The position numbers were made by a program, and so were the translations under genes. Under the pieces are notes generated by a model, which worked only from the letters and a program-made list of their open reading frames with translations, had not been told where the DNA came from and made no database searches. This document shows positions 51,694 to 64,000 of a stretch of 64,000 nucleotides of DNA, piece after piece (the first letter of the stretch is position 1; every line of letters starts with the position of its first letter). The stretch comes from Lobosporangium transversale (lineage: Eukaryota), in assembly GCF_002105155.1 (NCBI RefSeq), contig NW_019028995.1, positions 124,001 through 188,000 on the forward strand. Reading direction: 5' to 3'.

Positions 51694-53814
51694 ATGGCAG
51701 CAACCGGCAGTGTGTACAGGAACAATAGTAACATCGATAGCAGCAATAACGGCAGTAGCAACAACAACAGCGGTAGTAGCAATACTACCAACTACAATGA
51801 AACGAAAGACCTGCCAATATCTTTTTCGGCCACGTTGACAGAAGAGGCTCTGTATGATCCGCGCGGTCTTCAGTATGTCGAGCCCACGCAGACTAGTCTC
51901 CAGTGCTCTGTCTGCTGCGAGTACTTCACAGAGCCTGTTAGTGCGCCCTGTGGGTAAGTTAGACATCCCATCTTTTCATCTTGTTTGGCTTTTTATCCTA
52001 CACAAACAAAAAAAATTTTACATCTTTTTATTTTTCACACGGCAGCCATATATTAACGTTCAGGCATCATAATACAAACCATACGGCCACAAAGGCACAC
52101 ATTTTGCCGTGCCTGTATTCTCCAAGCGCTAGAAGTCCGTAATGGCTGTCCTCTCTGCCGAACAAAGATTGATCCTGCAATGTTGTATGAAGTGATTGCA
52201 CTGTCTAGAATTTGTGACGAACTGTTGGTGTATTGTCCACACAAAGAACTTGGCTGCAATCACACTTGCCAAAGGATCCAGATTGGTCAGCATCTCAAGG
52301 ATGACTGCGTTTACATTGGAACATTATGTCGTGTGGAAGAGTGTCGTAAAAAAATACTTAAGAAAGATCTCTCAGAGCATATGGAAAGCTGTCCTTATAA
52401 ACGAGTAGATTGTTTGATGTGCAATACAAAGGTCATGAAATCGCAACTCTCAGTAAGTATTTTTTTTATTTAAAAAAAAAAAAAAAAAAAGATAAATACA
52501 AACAAAGGGCGAATGAATGGTGGGGACTACCTTTTTTTGTGGGCTGTTGTTGTTATTGATATTCTAGCATCAGTTGGACTACATTGCTTGGACCTGCAGC
52601 CTTTTGCCTACTCAATGTGTATTTGTATATTGATAAATAGGAGCACCACAAGACTTGCCCAGCCGAGAGTGTGACCTGTCCACATTGCGAAACAACTCGG
52701 GCACGACTTCGACATCTGGAGCATATTAAAACATGTCCACAACAAATCATTCCCTGCACGCTTTCAGAATTCGGCTGTCCATGGAAAGGCCCTCGATTTG
52801 ATTTGGAAGCAATCCACATTCCTCAATGCCCTTATGAAGCTATTCGCGGGTTTTTAGAATTATCAAAGTCAAAAATGGAGGCACTAGAACAGGAAAATCA
52901 ACATCTGAGAGGGATTTTTCACGACTTGAGACCGCAGGTACAACAACTGCGCGACCAGGTTGGGCAGATTCAAGAGTCGCTCCAGCTGATCGCGGAACAG
53001 GAGCAAGAACAGGCTGCAGGCTCAAATATTAACAATAGTGGCGGCGGAATCTCCTTTGGGACGCTTGGAGGATTCATGGATATGAACTACCACCAGTACC
53101 AACACCGGCCTCAATTTTCACCACGGATAGATAGGCGTGAGTCGTATGATCTAGTTAGTGTTAATGGTGTTGATAATGAGATGGAAATGGAAAGGCAAAG
53201 AGCAAGTACTATGAACAGGAACAACAGTATCGGAGCCGAGTCCATGATGTCCAGCGGCGCTGGAGCGGGTGGCGTTATGACGCCTGGGAATGCTGCAGAG
53301 GCCCACGAGCTATTGATCTCGGAGAACGAGCGCATCCGGTCAGAGATAGAGACGCTTACGGCTGGCCTAGCCTCACTGGAGCTTAAGCAGAACATGGCCA
53401 TCATGACAGAGAGCATGCGGATACAGGAGGAGGTTCAGAGTCTGCGGGCTGTTTGTCATGGCCTTCGGATGCAGATGCACTATTTACTACTGGAGCAACA
53501 AAACCTTCGGCATCATCCAGGCCCTCCGCCGCCCCCTGGATCACCCGCTGGGGCTGTGGGTGGGAACCAGCCAGGGTTGAAGGGAAGCGTGAATGGAGGA
53601 CCATCAGGGGATAGTACAGCCAACGGACGATCGCTAAGTGTAAGCGGGCCTCCACGACCCCGTTTGTCAGGTATCAATTCAACTCGCTGTTTTTTTCTCT
53701 TGGTGTGTGATAATACGATTTTTACTCAACAGTGGTTTCTGACTAATACAATAATTAATTTTATTTTGTTCGACCACTTTAGATGGATTGGGACGTCAAG
53801 ACACCAAATTATAA
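51694..53814 (+). CDS. RING + TRAF-type zinc-finger + coiled-coil protein, 4 exons
   Basis: CSVC...PC(G)HTFCRAC...CPLC RING, then repeated CxxxxxGC/CxxC...H...C TRAF fingers and a coiled coil. The last exon encodes DGLGRQDTKL-stop (53812-53814). Confidence 0.88.
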
Positions 53815-54651
53815 TGACTATCTATTCCTCGCGTGCTAAAACAACAATAGCAGTAATAATATAGGTAGCAGTGTTTTCTAAGGACCAGCACTTATGCATG
53901 TTTTTTAGAGCTGCGATGTTTGCAGTGTGTTGTCCAGAGTAGATTGGTATACTTATAAGCCACAATTATTGTAATTCAGACGGATACTGGGACTAAACTG
54001 CCTCCAAGGTAGGGCATTGCTGGGCTCGCAACTTCCTCATTCCTGAAATATCCCAATATGCAGGTATATCTAATATTTTTGCATGTCCTGAATTATATCA
54101 TTCTAAACGCATGGTTTTGTCAGTATCTAAGAAATAAAATAATAATAATAATAATAAAAACATAGAAATAGCTACCATTTTCAAGTTTTCATTTCAATCC
54201 AATACAACGGGTCTAACGGTCGCTGCTTATTTTTGAGGGAGTCTAGAGAATATACGGTTATTAAAGCAATATATCCATAGTAGAATAAAGCTGCATATCT
54301 AAGCTTTGTAACGACATCAGTGCATGTAGATGTTCTGTAGACACGCTCTCTATCATGTCGTTCTTTTGCATATTGCTCTATCGTGCTGATGCTATCATTT
54401 TCTCCCACTCAAACCGAAATGCCGAAGCTTATGTCGTGGTTTCCTTTTTTCTTTTTTCTTTTGCCTTAGGTCTCTTCTGCACGGCATGGAAAGGAAGGAG
54501 CCATATCAGGATGGATGAGAACGAAATATGGTATGAGTTTATATTGCATTGTTCATTCATTTCTTTGTCTGCTCTTTTGTTCGATCGATCATTGAATAAA
54601 CGCAAATCGACCAAAGTCCTTTTGATATTCATTTTATTCTTGTTATTCTTC

Positions 54652-54693
<42 letters not shown>

Positions 54694-54923
54694 GTATTTG
54701 ATATACCCTTGGCATTCGAAATTATTTTTTGAATATCACTTCTTCATCTTTTCCCCTACCATTTACTGTCGCTTCGTCTACATTATACCCTATCCTTTTC
54801 TCCTTTTCGCTCACTATTGCCTACCTCAACTGCGCTCAGTCTTGTAGGTCATCTCAATATACCGGTATCGGACACTTTCATTTTCGCAGATTTGATTGCT
54901 CCCTCCAAAGTGAAAAGGGCATC

Positions 54924-55689
54924 ATGCAGAACGATACCTTCAAACGCTTTAGTAAGGACCTGCAAGAGGCGTTGGTCGTACCTGTCAATTATCTTAACAA
55001 AAAGACAAAGAAGCCAGTAACGATTGGTAATGGCGAAGATCAGGGCATAATCGGCAAGAAAAAGCCCTCGGGTTTGCCGGCGCTAACTATAGGGACGCCT
55101 AACAGTTTGAAGGATTATAGCGGCAGCAGCGATCGCTTTTCTTCCAAAAGCCGATCAAACTCTGCCTCTGATTGTGTTTCGCTTCACAACTTCTCACTCT
55201 CTACTATCAGTAAAACCTCATATGATGATAATCATTCGTTTACCTCCTCAAACGGCAGTAATCTTGGATTAGCAGGATGTAGTCAACAACAATTTCAATC
55301 TCAATCTCTTGGCAGACGTAGCCGCGCAAGCAGTTTTCTCAGAAGCCCATTGAGCCCTGGGGTATTTGGGAGTAACCATGGAGTAGGTGGAGGTGGTAGT
55401 CATGGTCGTATTTTCCCAGACTTGAGTGAAGAGCCTGCACTGGTCCATTGCCCTGTGTCAGTCGCTTCTATAGACCAGTTCTCACCGGATAGGCAAGTAT
55501 GGGTGAGAGACTGTTTGAACCAAGGGAATAACAAGAGATCTGCATCTACACAACAACTGCGACTTTCACAATTCAACAACGTACTCAAGTCAGGGAGAGC
55601 TTGGGATACAATGGAGGGACATCTTATTCATAGCAGAGATGACCTCATAACATCTAGGCTGAGGTAGGTACTTGATTGCTCTGTCTATG

Positions 55690-55734
<45 letters not shown>

Positions 55735-56077
55735 ACTCTTCTGTGTTGTGTCATTTATTGCAAACAATCTCTAGTTTTGCAAAGACAGGATACAACAATC
55801 TCAACGAAGCTACTGGCCTTGTTCTTGTCAAGCGTAAGCGCCTCTTTCCTCCATTTATGTTCGATATCAGCTGAACATGGAAGATGAATATGACACCGAT
55901 GTTCTTTTAATATTTGTTGAACACGTAGTGATGCAGGTCTCCAACAGAGCGAGCTCAAAGATCCATGACATCGAGTGCATTCTGCGAATCGGCAGTGTGG
56001 AGCGTATGTCTCACCCTTCAAGGTCTTTTAAAGATAGCCCAGGCAACACTGCTACCATGAACGAAGTCTTCTTATTG

Positions 56078-56116
<39 letters not shown>

Positions 56117-57203
56117 ACATTATTCTTCATAGAACGGTATTCTAACCGAACCGATATGTCCTTTATTACTCTATTGCAGTGATGTAGATAAGCCATTCCA
56201 ACTCGAGCTTGAGGTGAAGGGTACACCTGTGGCGACTAAATTCGGCACAATGGCTGGATTCTCCAGCACACAAACCGTGCATCTTGGCCGGCTAACTTTA
56301 TCTCTTCCTTTGGAGTCCATGGAGAAATCCATCCGAACCTACAAATTGCAACGTGTGGTCTCTACGGAGGGCAGCCAACCTACTGGAATCAAGGTTCACT
56401 ACAAGGAAAAAGCCGATTATGAGATAGTGATCATGATTGGTGTTCATGTCTTACAAGAGCCGATCGAAGATAGGAGATGGGAGACTGATTGTCTCTACGA
56501 AGGTGACTTGACTGTCATGACCAGGGGGTCGCGCATGGGTGTAAGTGGAAGAGAGCTTCTATGTATGGCGATTATATTGTTTGTAATACATTGCTCCTAA
56601 TACAACATCAATCTTTCTTTGAACGACATGCAGTCTTGGAAGAGATATTGGGCGGTTCTTCAAGGAAGCGCGTTTAAGCTCTATGATGCGGAGTATCAGT
56701 TGGTAAAAATGCTGACTAGGTTTACTTGAACTATTTTTTTTTTTTTTTTTTTTTTTTTTTTCATAAGCGACAGCCGAACATTAATTTATCCTCTTTGGGA
56801 CTTTCAAAAACAGAAACGCGATCCTATTGCTGTGATTCGATTGGCCCATATACTGGACGTGCAACCTCCTGATTATGACAAGGTCGATGTGAGCTCCAAC
56901 TGTTTCTCATTGATAATCGCTTCAGACGGCGTGAACATGTCGAATGCTTCTGAATTTGATTTGACAGATATGGATTACAAGCTTTATGCGTTCACGGACT
57001 CTGCCTTTTTATATGATGAATGGATCGTACGTTTCGAAGGCGCATTGGATCAATATAGGGAAAATATTCAAAGGAGAAATGAAGTAATGTCAGCCAAGAG
57101 AGACCGTCGTCGGAGAAGCATGATTGGAGTTACATATCCATCAATGGATCAGATCTGTGATGAAGGCAAACTTGAGTTAGTTGACTTGAGATTTGTATCA
57201 TGA
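54924..57203 (+). CDS. PH-domain protein with a preceding C2-like region (anillin/Bud4-like architecture), multi-exon
   Basis: ATMNEVFL-DVDKPFQLELEV, then LYEGDLTV...WKRYWAVLQGSAFKLYD...NCFSLII...YAFTDS...EWIVRFE, a PH pattern. Confidence 0.75.
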
Positions 57204-57403
57204 AGAGGGGAGAACGAGTTAGTGGTAGAAAGTCGATGAAGATACCAATGGAAAGATAGTTGACAACAAAAACAAATTTATTTTTGCAGAACGCTTTTTT
57301 TTAAAGATCGTCTCTGACACAAAGATATACCTCCTACTTGATACTAAATGCCTTCCCTTTATTCTATTGTTTTTGGTTCAATGCATAATATCGATCAAAA
57401 TAT

Positions 57404-57443
<40 letters not shown>

Positions 57444-57569
57444 CTTACGATATCCAACGAGCTTGCATTACTACCCTGCAAGGGCCTCTATCTCTTTCAT
57501 GTCTCACCAACATTATGTCGTAGAGCCAATTTTTTTTTTTTTTTTATTTGATCTTGTGACCCAAAGTTT

Positions 57570-58420
57570 ATGTTTCAAAAGCGTCCCAACGTGCCATGGA
57601 GCCAAAAAATAAGTTCACAATACCTTTTTCGCCTCGCGATATCTGGTATCATTGATTACAAAATTAGAAATGGGAATGATAAAAAGAACTACCTTTACAA
57701 CAACAGTATCCATAGCGAAACAACATTCGTTTCTCCACAAAAACTTTCGAGCATCAGAGGCTCGAATATTTGCATAAAATAACAACACTAGGCGATATTT
57801 CGACAATATCCACTTCTGTCAACTCTAATTGCAGGTACAAATGCTAACTTGAAGCAATATGCCAATATCAATGCCAAGAAATTTCCTGTCGGAAATTCAA
57901 CTCTCAAAGCCAAGGTCACTGAACTAGAACGACACTTGACTGGGTTAAAAGAAGGGTTATTCCTAGAATATTACCAGCTCTATGGGCTTCAGTTTGAGAC
58001 CAAAACGATCGAAGAACAAAAAGATAGCAACAGAGAATGAAGGACAAACCAAGACGTTACAGAAGGAAGATATGCACGAGGATGACATGATCTAGGGGCA
58101 GTTAAAAAAAAGCCAGCCACCTTGGGCTGCATTTCTTAATCTCGGAAGAGAAAAGTCGCGTCTAGAGAAATCTACGGTCCCTACAATGATGATAAATGCA
58201 GGATCATTCGCAATAACCACTCCAGCGACCGACAAGATGGCGATGACAACATCAGTGATGACCGCAACCGCGCAAATTCCAATTATCAGGGCTATCAGAC
58301 TTAAAGATCTAGCCCCAACCATTGCTGCCATCACTCCTTTATCTTCGTCCCTGCAGGACATCTCCGTCACTGCTTCTTCTATTGTATCTCCGCCTATCTT
58401 TACACCTTCAACTTCATAAT
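57570..58420 (+). pseudogene. Possible decayed, lineage-specific gene fragment
   Basis: Coding-like composition, an acceptor (CTAAT...GCAG) at about 57830, and short ORFs interrupted by stops. No recognisable domain. Confidence 0.3.
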
Positions 58421-58828
58421 AATAAAAGCAATGGTAACAGTGTATTAAAATGGGATTCAAATGTAGAGCTCAAGGTTCAGCTCTTAGATGCCGGATGTAG
58501 ACTGTGAAAGTTGAAAAGGCAAAAGTAAAAGGGGAGAATGAAGAGAAAGAATAGGAGAAAGGAAAGGCCAGTAGTCCATATTCTTAAAACAAGTGCATTA
58601 TAAACAATCGAGCAGAACACTTTACTACTGCTATAAAGGAATTAATACATAAAAAAAAAAAAAAAAAAAAAAAAAAGCGTTCGTTAAGGAAGAGGAGAAA
58701 CAAATGTGCCTTTTACTGATCTTTCCTCCTCTGCACCTCTATAAGATATTATACAAATGATGATCCATTTATCCTGTTTAATCCATGCTTCAGCTTCCCT
58801 TCCTTATGATCTCAAGATATGAAAGAGT

Positions 58829-59984
58829 TTACTCGCTAGCACCATAATAGGTGTGCTGCACATCAACAACACGCTTGCCACGCGCGCGGGCAATATCTTC
58901 GGGTAACTTCTGCTTCTGACTAAGAGCCTCAAAAGTCGCCTTAATGACGTTCATAGGATTACGGGAGCCCCAGACTTTGGCGCTAATATCCAGGATCCCA
59001 ATACATGAACAAATTTCGTGAATATAATGGTTGCAGCGGTTACCAAAACCTAAAAAGATGTAATGATAAAGAGAGAAATATAATTGGACCATACATTAGA
59101 AACAATGGATATCAGAGCTGACCACAGTCCCCTTTTCATAAGCAGTGCAGCACGGTTTATTATCATGTACCTGGTGGACGCGATCGGAACTGGATCTTAG
59201 TGGCGTGGAATTTGTGATCGATATCATGATAGATGGTTCTATCATCATAGCGATCAAAGGCCACCAAGTTTCTCATGGCCCTATTGGTAGCTTTCCTGAC
59301 AGCCCTGGCAGCCTCATCATCTTTGCCCTCGCCATATCCAGCAATGCCCTGACCATTTCCGACGACAACTAATGCATACATACTGGGGACTTTGCCTGCA
59401 GTAGTCATATTAGATGTGCGCTTAACCACCAATGCACGCTTCAAAAACTTTCTGAGATCGTCTTTGGATAAGCCATGAGGAAGTGAAGCCTCGTCCACAT
59501 CATCGTCTGCTTGAGATTTGAGCATGTCATCCAGAGGTGGATTTGATGGCCACAGACGTGGTGTTTCCAGATCCAAGTTGCCGTTTTGATCCATCTTGCG
59601 AGGGTAATGATCTAATAGAGGGTGAATCTGAGCCAGATCGTGCAGGTCTGCAGGGCTATCCAGTCCTGGAACACGGGCGACATTAGGAACTGCGGAGCGC
59701 TGACGAGCCATAGTAACTACTGCTGTGGTCGCAAATGATCTGTTAATAACTGTAGCATGTTGGATCAAACAAAAAATCAAGAGTTAGAAAACCTTTTTTT
59801 TCTTTTTTTTTGTCAGGATTCCACTTTGTTAGGATTTGTGTGCGTAGCTCTGAGTAAAACATTCCAATGAACCAAAGTTAGTTGCTACAGTTTGTTGCTG
59901 GTGTAACTTGCCATTCCTGACGGAGGCTACTGCTCCCAAAGTGGATGCAGCGACGCAACGCTGCCACAACCCTGTAGATGCCAT
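58829..59984 (-). CDS. MRPS5: Mitochondrial small-subunit ribosomal protein uS5m, 3 exons
   Basis: LVVKRTSNMTTAGK, ALVVVGNGQGIAGYGEGK, RYDDRTIYHD, RSRPPG|FGNRCNHYIHEIC, GILDISAKVWGSRNPMNVIKA. Confidence 0.94.
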
Positions 59985-60490
59985 GTAGAAACTATTATTA
60001 TCCTTTGCTCAGCGTTCAACCTCGTCTTGAGTGGAGTGGAGTGGAGTAGTCAGAAAATAAATGAGATAAAAAAAGAATATGAATTTGACTTCCAATGCTT
60101 CACAAAGGAATCAGGCTAAACCCGAAAGGTTGAAGACAGTTGTTTGCCACTGTTTACTTGCGTTGATGAAAGCCACTCCTTGGATTGGTCACGTGGTACC
60201 ATGTGCCCTCCTTCTAGGTCCAATTTTGTCATAATTTTGATTTCCAAACAGAGATGGCGTGATTGAGCAGTTGGCCTTCGCCCAACTGACAAATCCATGT
60301 CGCGAGGATACTTTTCTCAAAGACGCTCTTCTCTCTCCTTCACGATTCATTTTTAGCATCGCCTTCTTTCCTCTCCTCTTCCCTGCTGTCCTACATTTTC
60401 TGCAAATCATACCTGTTCTCGACGAAGAAACACAAATAGAACCATTGACTGACCCTTTAATTTCACACTTTCTTTTCTTCCACATACATA

Positions 60491-61693
60491 ATGAATACCA
60501 TTGACACCGCTTCCTCTCAAGGGTTCGGATCCTTAATTTCTCATTTCATTGGCTGGGCTTATTTCATTGCCTGGTCTGCCTCTTTTTATCCACAAGCCAT
60601 TCTAAATTACAGACGAAAGTCCGTGCAAGGATTGTCTTTGGACTTCATTTACCTCAATGTATTTGGTTTCTTGTGTTATTCGGTATGTTACTGGGGAATG
60701 TTATTTTACTGCCTCCCACATTTTTATGGCTCTCAATAGGACACATCTCTCACAATACCACCGCTGCATGTTGCCTGAATTCAATCTCGATTAGATCTTC
60801 AATCTCACCTTTTTCTTCAGCTCAGAGGTCCAAGAAGAATACAGGAAACGTAATGGTGGGCAGGATAATTTGGTTCGCGCCAACGACGTCTTTTTTGCTG
60901 TCCATGCTCTCATCCTTTCTTCTTTGACTCTCTTTCAGACATTCATCTACAAGGTATGTAGAAAACAAACTATACTATTATGTCGCTATCACAAACAAAA
61001 CAAAGGTCTAAAAAACACATGTCTCAATAATTGCTTATTTAGCGCAATGAGAGTCAGAAGATATCCAATCCTGCTAAGCTCCTCGTGATCATCTCGACAT
61101 CTGGTGTGCTTATTGTTCTTTACTCCGTTACCATACGATCATCTCAGTGGATTGATTTGCTTTACTATCTCAGCTACATCAAACTCGGCATCAGCTTTAT
61201 TAAGTACTGTCCTCAAGTTTATCTCAATTATTCCGCCCAGTCCACAGTTGGATGGAGCGTTCACAACGTCTTACTAGACTTTACAGGAGGCGTCCTCAGT
61301 ATCACACAATTGATCCTGGATGCTGCTCTATCTGGTGACTGGTCAGGAATCTCGGGTGATCCTGTCAAGTTTGGCCTTGGATTATTGAGCATCTTATTCG
61401 ACTTAGTCTTTATAACTCAACACTACATTTTTTACAGAAATCGTGAAGACTTTTATGCACCATTGTCTATGGCCGAGAACAATGGTAATAACAATAACAA
61501 TGGCATCAACTGCAGGAGATATGAGGGCAAACAAAAGGCATTGCTGTTACCCATTCACAGAAATTATCTGAGCACTCAGAATCACCAAAGCAGGATGAAA
61601 AATGGGTCGACTACGTCTCGGCCTGCGAGCATGAGAGACTTGGAAATGGGGATAGAGGGCACTGGCTTGAGTTTATCTTCGTCTCAGCACTAA
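60491..61693 (+). CDS. Cystinosin/Ers1-like PQ-loop vacuolar transporter, 3 exons
   Basis: [15 protein letters not shown]...[29 protein letters not shown]...STVGWS...[18 protein letters not shown]. Confidence 0.93.
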
Positions 61694-62479
61694 AGCCTTT
61701 TTTCTTCTCTTCTCTTCCTCGGTTTCTTCTTCTTGAGTTCCTACTTGTACCATAGCAATTGTATAATATTATTTCCTAAAACAATCGGCCACACGAAATT
61801 TTTTCTACTTTAAGCCCTATATCTAAATGCCCTAAAGTATTATGGATCTATATCTTGGTATTATGTCTGTCACTGTGTTGGCTACAGGAAGGATTCGGCA
61901 CTCCTGTACTGTAGATTTCTATGAAATCGTAAACCCCCATGTTCATGTGAACACTGCGACCCCCAGCTTGAAGGGTTTCATTTATTATACTTTTAGCCTT
62001 CAATGATCCATTGAACATTACTAAAAAATTGCTCTCCTCTTTACATTTGCTTCCTACTGCTTCGCGCCCTAACCTGAAGCTACAGCTGGAATTAATTAAG
62101 GAAATAATCCTTAGCCTTCCCAACCAAGGATAAACTGACCGTGATGATCTCTCAGTCCCTCCACTATCGGTATAAATGGTATATGATAGCAAGGAGCTTC
62201 CCAAAATCATGTTTCCATCAAGAAAAGAGGTGGACCTTCAGAAAATTCTAACGATAAAGACTTTTTTAGCCAGAAAAATGCAAAGTTGAAGATTTTTAAC
62301 TCCATAGAAATTTGTCTTTTTGATAGATGTTCACGTTCATCCGGAACTGAATATAACTTTTAGTTTTTTGTTAGTAGCGGAGAACCGCATGAAAATTTGC
62401 CCTCGACCTTTTATTTTCATGTCATGTCTTCTTAGCCATTCAACACTATAAAACTGAAAAACAAACTTGCATAGAATGC

Positions 62480-63700
62480 GTCCCATTCACTGAAATGGGC
62501 CGCTTTACAGTGCCCATAGGCCTAGTTATGCCTCATTGGTAGGCCCCTTCCAGGTGTTGCGCGACTATTGCCACAGCCCATCGTTGTGTTGACGCAAAAG
62601 CACACAGTGAAAGAAAAGAATCACCTCATCCTTCCTGTGATTGTCAATTACCGCAATTCTAATAAGCTAGACAACAAAACCCTGTCTGTGGCGGGCAGAG
62701 CCAAGCGAAGATCCTAGGCGATACCTATCACGGTGCTTTATTGCTCAAGGGTAAAAAACATCAACTATCATAAAGTATATCCATCGCTCCAATTTGTATA
62801 TATGGCGCACGTTTGTGGCTCAGTTTCATATCGCTTTTAGATCAACACTGTAACCTGCTGCTCAAAGTAACCAGAGAGTTTGTGGATCATGTGGTAGGCG
62901 ATTGAACGTGTTGTGCAGAACAAAGGACCCCATTTGCCGATCAAACTAAGCAGCGCAATGCCTCGGTAACGTTTGCTAAAGGCCTATTCGCGATTAGGAG
63001 CATGAGCAAGCCTGTACGCAAAACTGCGTGTGCTCCAATTGAAGGAGGCAATGGGGTTATATTTTTTCATGGCCAGACTTTTTTTATTTTTTACATCCAG
63101 GCACATACCACCAGACAATTGCTGCGCCATTATTGGTGCTTTCTCTGTTGTAATTCTTTACTCATGAACTTGTCTGCTGCCACTAATAGCTGACATCGTA
63201 GTGGGCCCTCTAGTGACGCGTCCTTCAGCATCACTGTCAGCATTGGAGTCGTAAGTGGTAGGTGGCACTTGATGATCATTACCTGATGCAAGCTGTTGAC
63301 AAACTGGTGCGTAAAATCATACTCACACAGGCACTGTTATTGATATATCCGGTGCGGACGTCGTGTACCTCACGTATTGCCTCTGTTAAGTCTCTATACC
63401 AATGCCGAGTTGATTTCTTAATCCCAAGATGCAACCTTAAGATAGACCAAGGTACAAGAACTTTGTCGTTGCCGGTAATGACTCCATTGAGCTGGCACAT
63501 GTCGCCCTTGCATAGCGCTTGTTGTAACCAATTGATAGCCAGTAAATGTCAACACCACGTCCAGTATATGAACTGCATTGCATGTACTGAGCACCTAATG
63601 GAGGTGTATGTCTTGAAGACACAGGAAGACGATGCTCTGCTTCGTCTAACAGTCATGGCATAATCAATTAGGCCCTCATCAAATGGGTCGTAGAAGTGTA
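62480..63700 (-). mobile_element. Heavily degraded non-LTR retrotransposon (LINE) fragment, post-RT linker and RNase H region
   Basis: The stop-riddled minus-strand reading gives LVPWSILRLHLG...WYRDL, then IYTNWSDG (like IYTDGS), SSLLEL (like SSxxAEL) and KAAH (like KAH), in RNase H order. Confidence 0.4.
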
Positions 63701-64000
63701 GTCAAAATTTGTTCCTCAGCCTAAGCATCTCCGAAATGATGAAGGCTGTAAAACTGTCAATGATAGAGAAAACTCTGTAGTGTGCCTTTGACAGACCAAA
63801 CTTCTATTTAACCAAGGTAGTATACTGAAAAGTAATTCCAACTACTTTCTTGGGAGACAATATCGTAGTTATAATATCCATGATTATTATTATTATTTTT
63901 TCTTGATAACAAGGCCCAGGGTCATGGGATTTATTTTTTACACTCTATGAACAAAATGCTCCAGAAACTATAGTCAATAAACAGATATTACTGCGCAAAC

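Noticed and set aside
518..59984. Apparent clustering of mitochondrial genes (NDH2, LIP5, MTO1, MRS2, MRPS5)
   Set aside because: They are interspersed with unrelated genes, and this frequency is plausible by chance.
1..64000. tRNA, rRNA or snRNA genes
   Set aside because: None recognised by eye; tRNAscan-SE or Infernal would be needed to exclude them.

Overview
Eukaryotic genomic DNA with many introns. The gene content, short GT-AG introns and long poly(A)/poly(T) tracts suggest an early-diverging fungus, probably Mortierellaceae (inference only). About 15 intact protein genes are recognisable. They encode an EF-hand type II NAD(P)H dehydrogenase, SWR1, LIP5, MTO1, a small unknown protein, a secreted Kex2-site protein, a tetraspanin, a Cps1/hyaluronan-synthase-like GT2, BMS1, MRS2, an F-box/LRR protein, PEX11, a RING-TRAF zinc-finger protein, a PH-domain protein, mitochondrial uS5m and cystinosin. 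The most unusual part is an accessory segment at about 11.0-15.1 kb between SWR1 and LIP5. It holds a five-exon PD-(D/E)XK-type nuclease gene broken by four in-frame stops and no frameshift. Its predicted 5'-UTR intron carries two tandem 175-nt copies of a foldable multi-stem sequence. A 9-bp direct repeat (ATTACGTAA) brackets the unit, and a decayed chitin deacetylase follows it. A MITE-like element and a probable LINE relic are also present. Exon boundaries were read by eye and no database searches were run.
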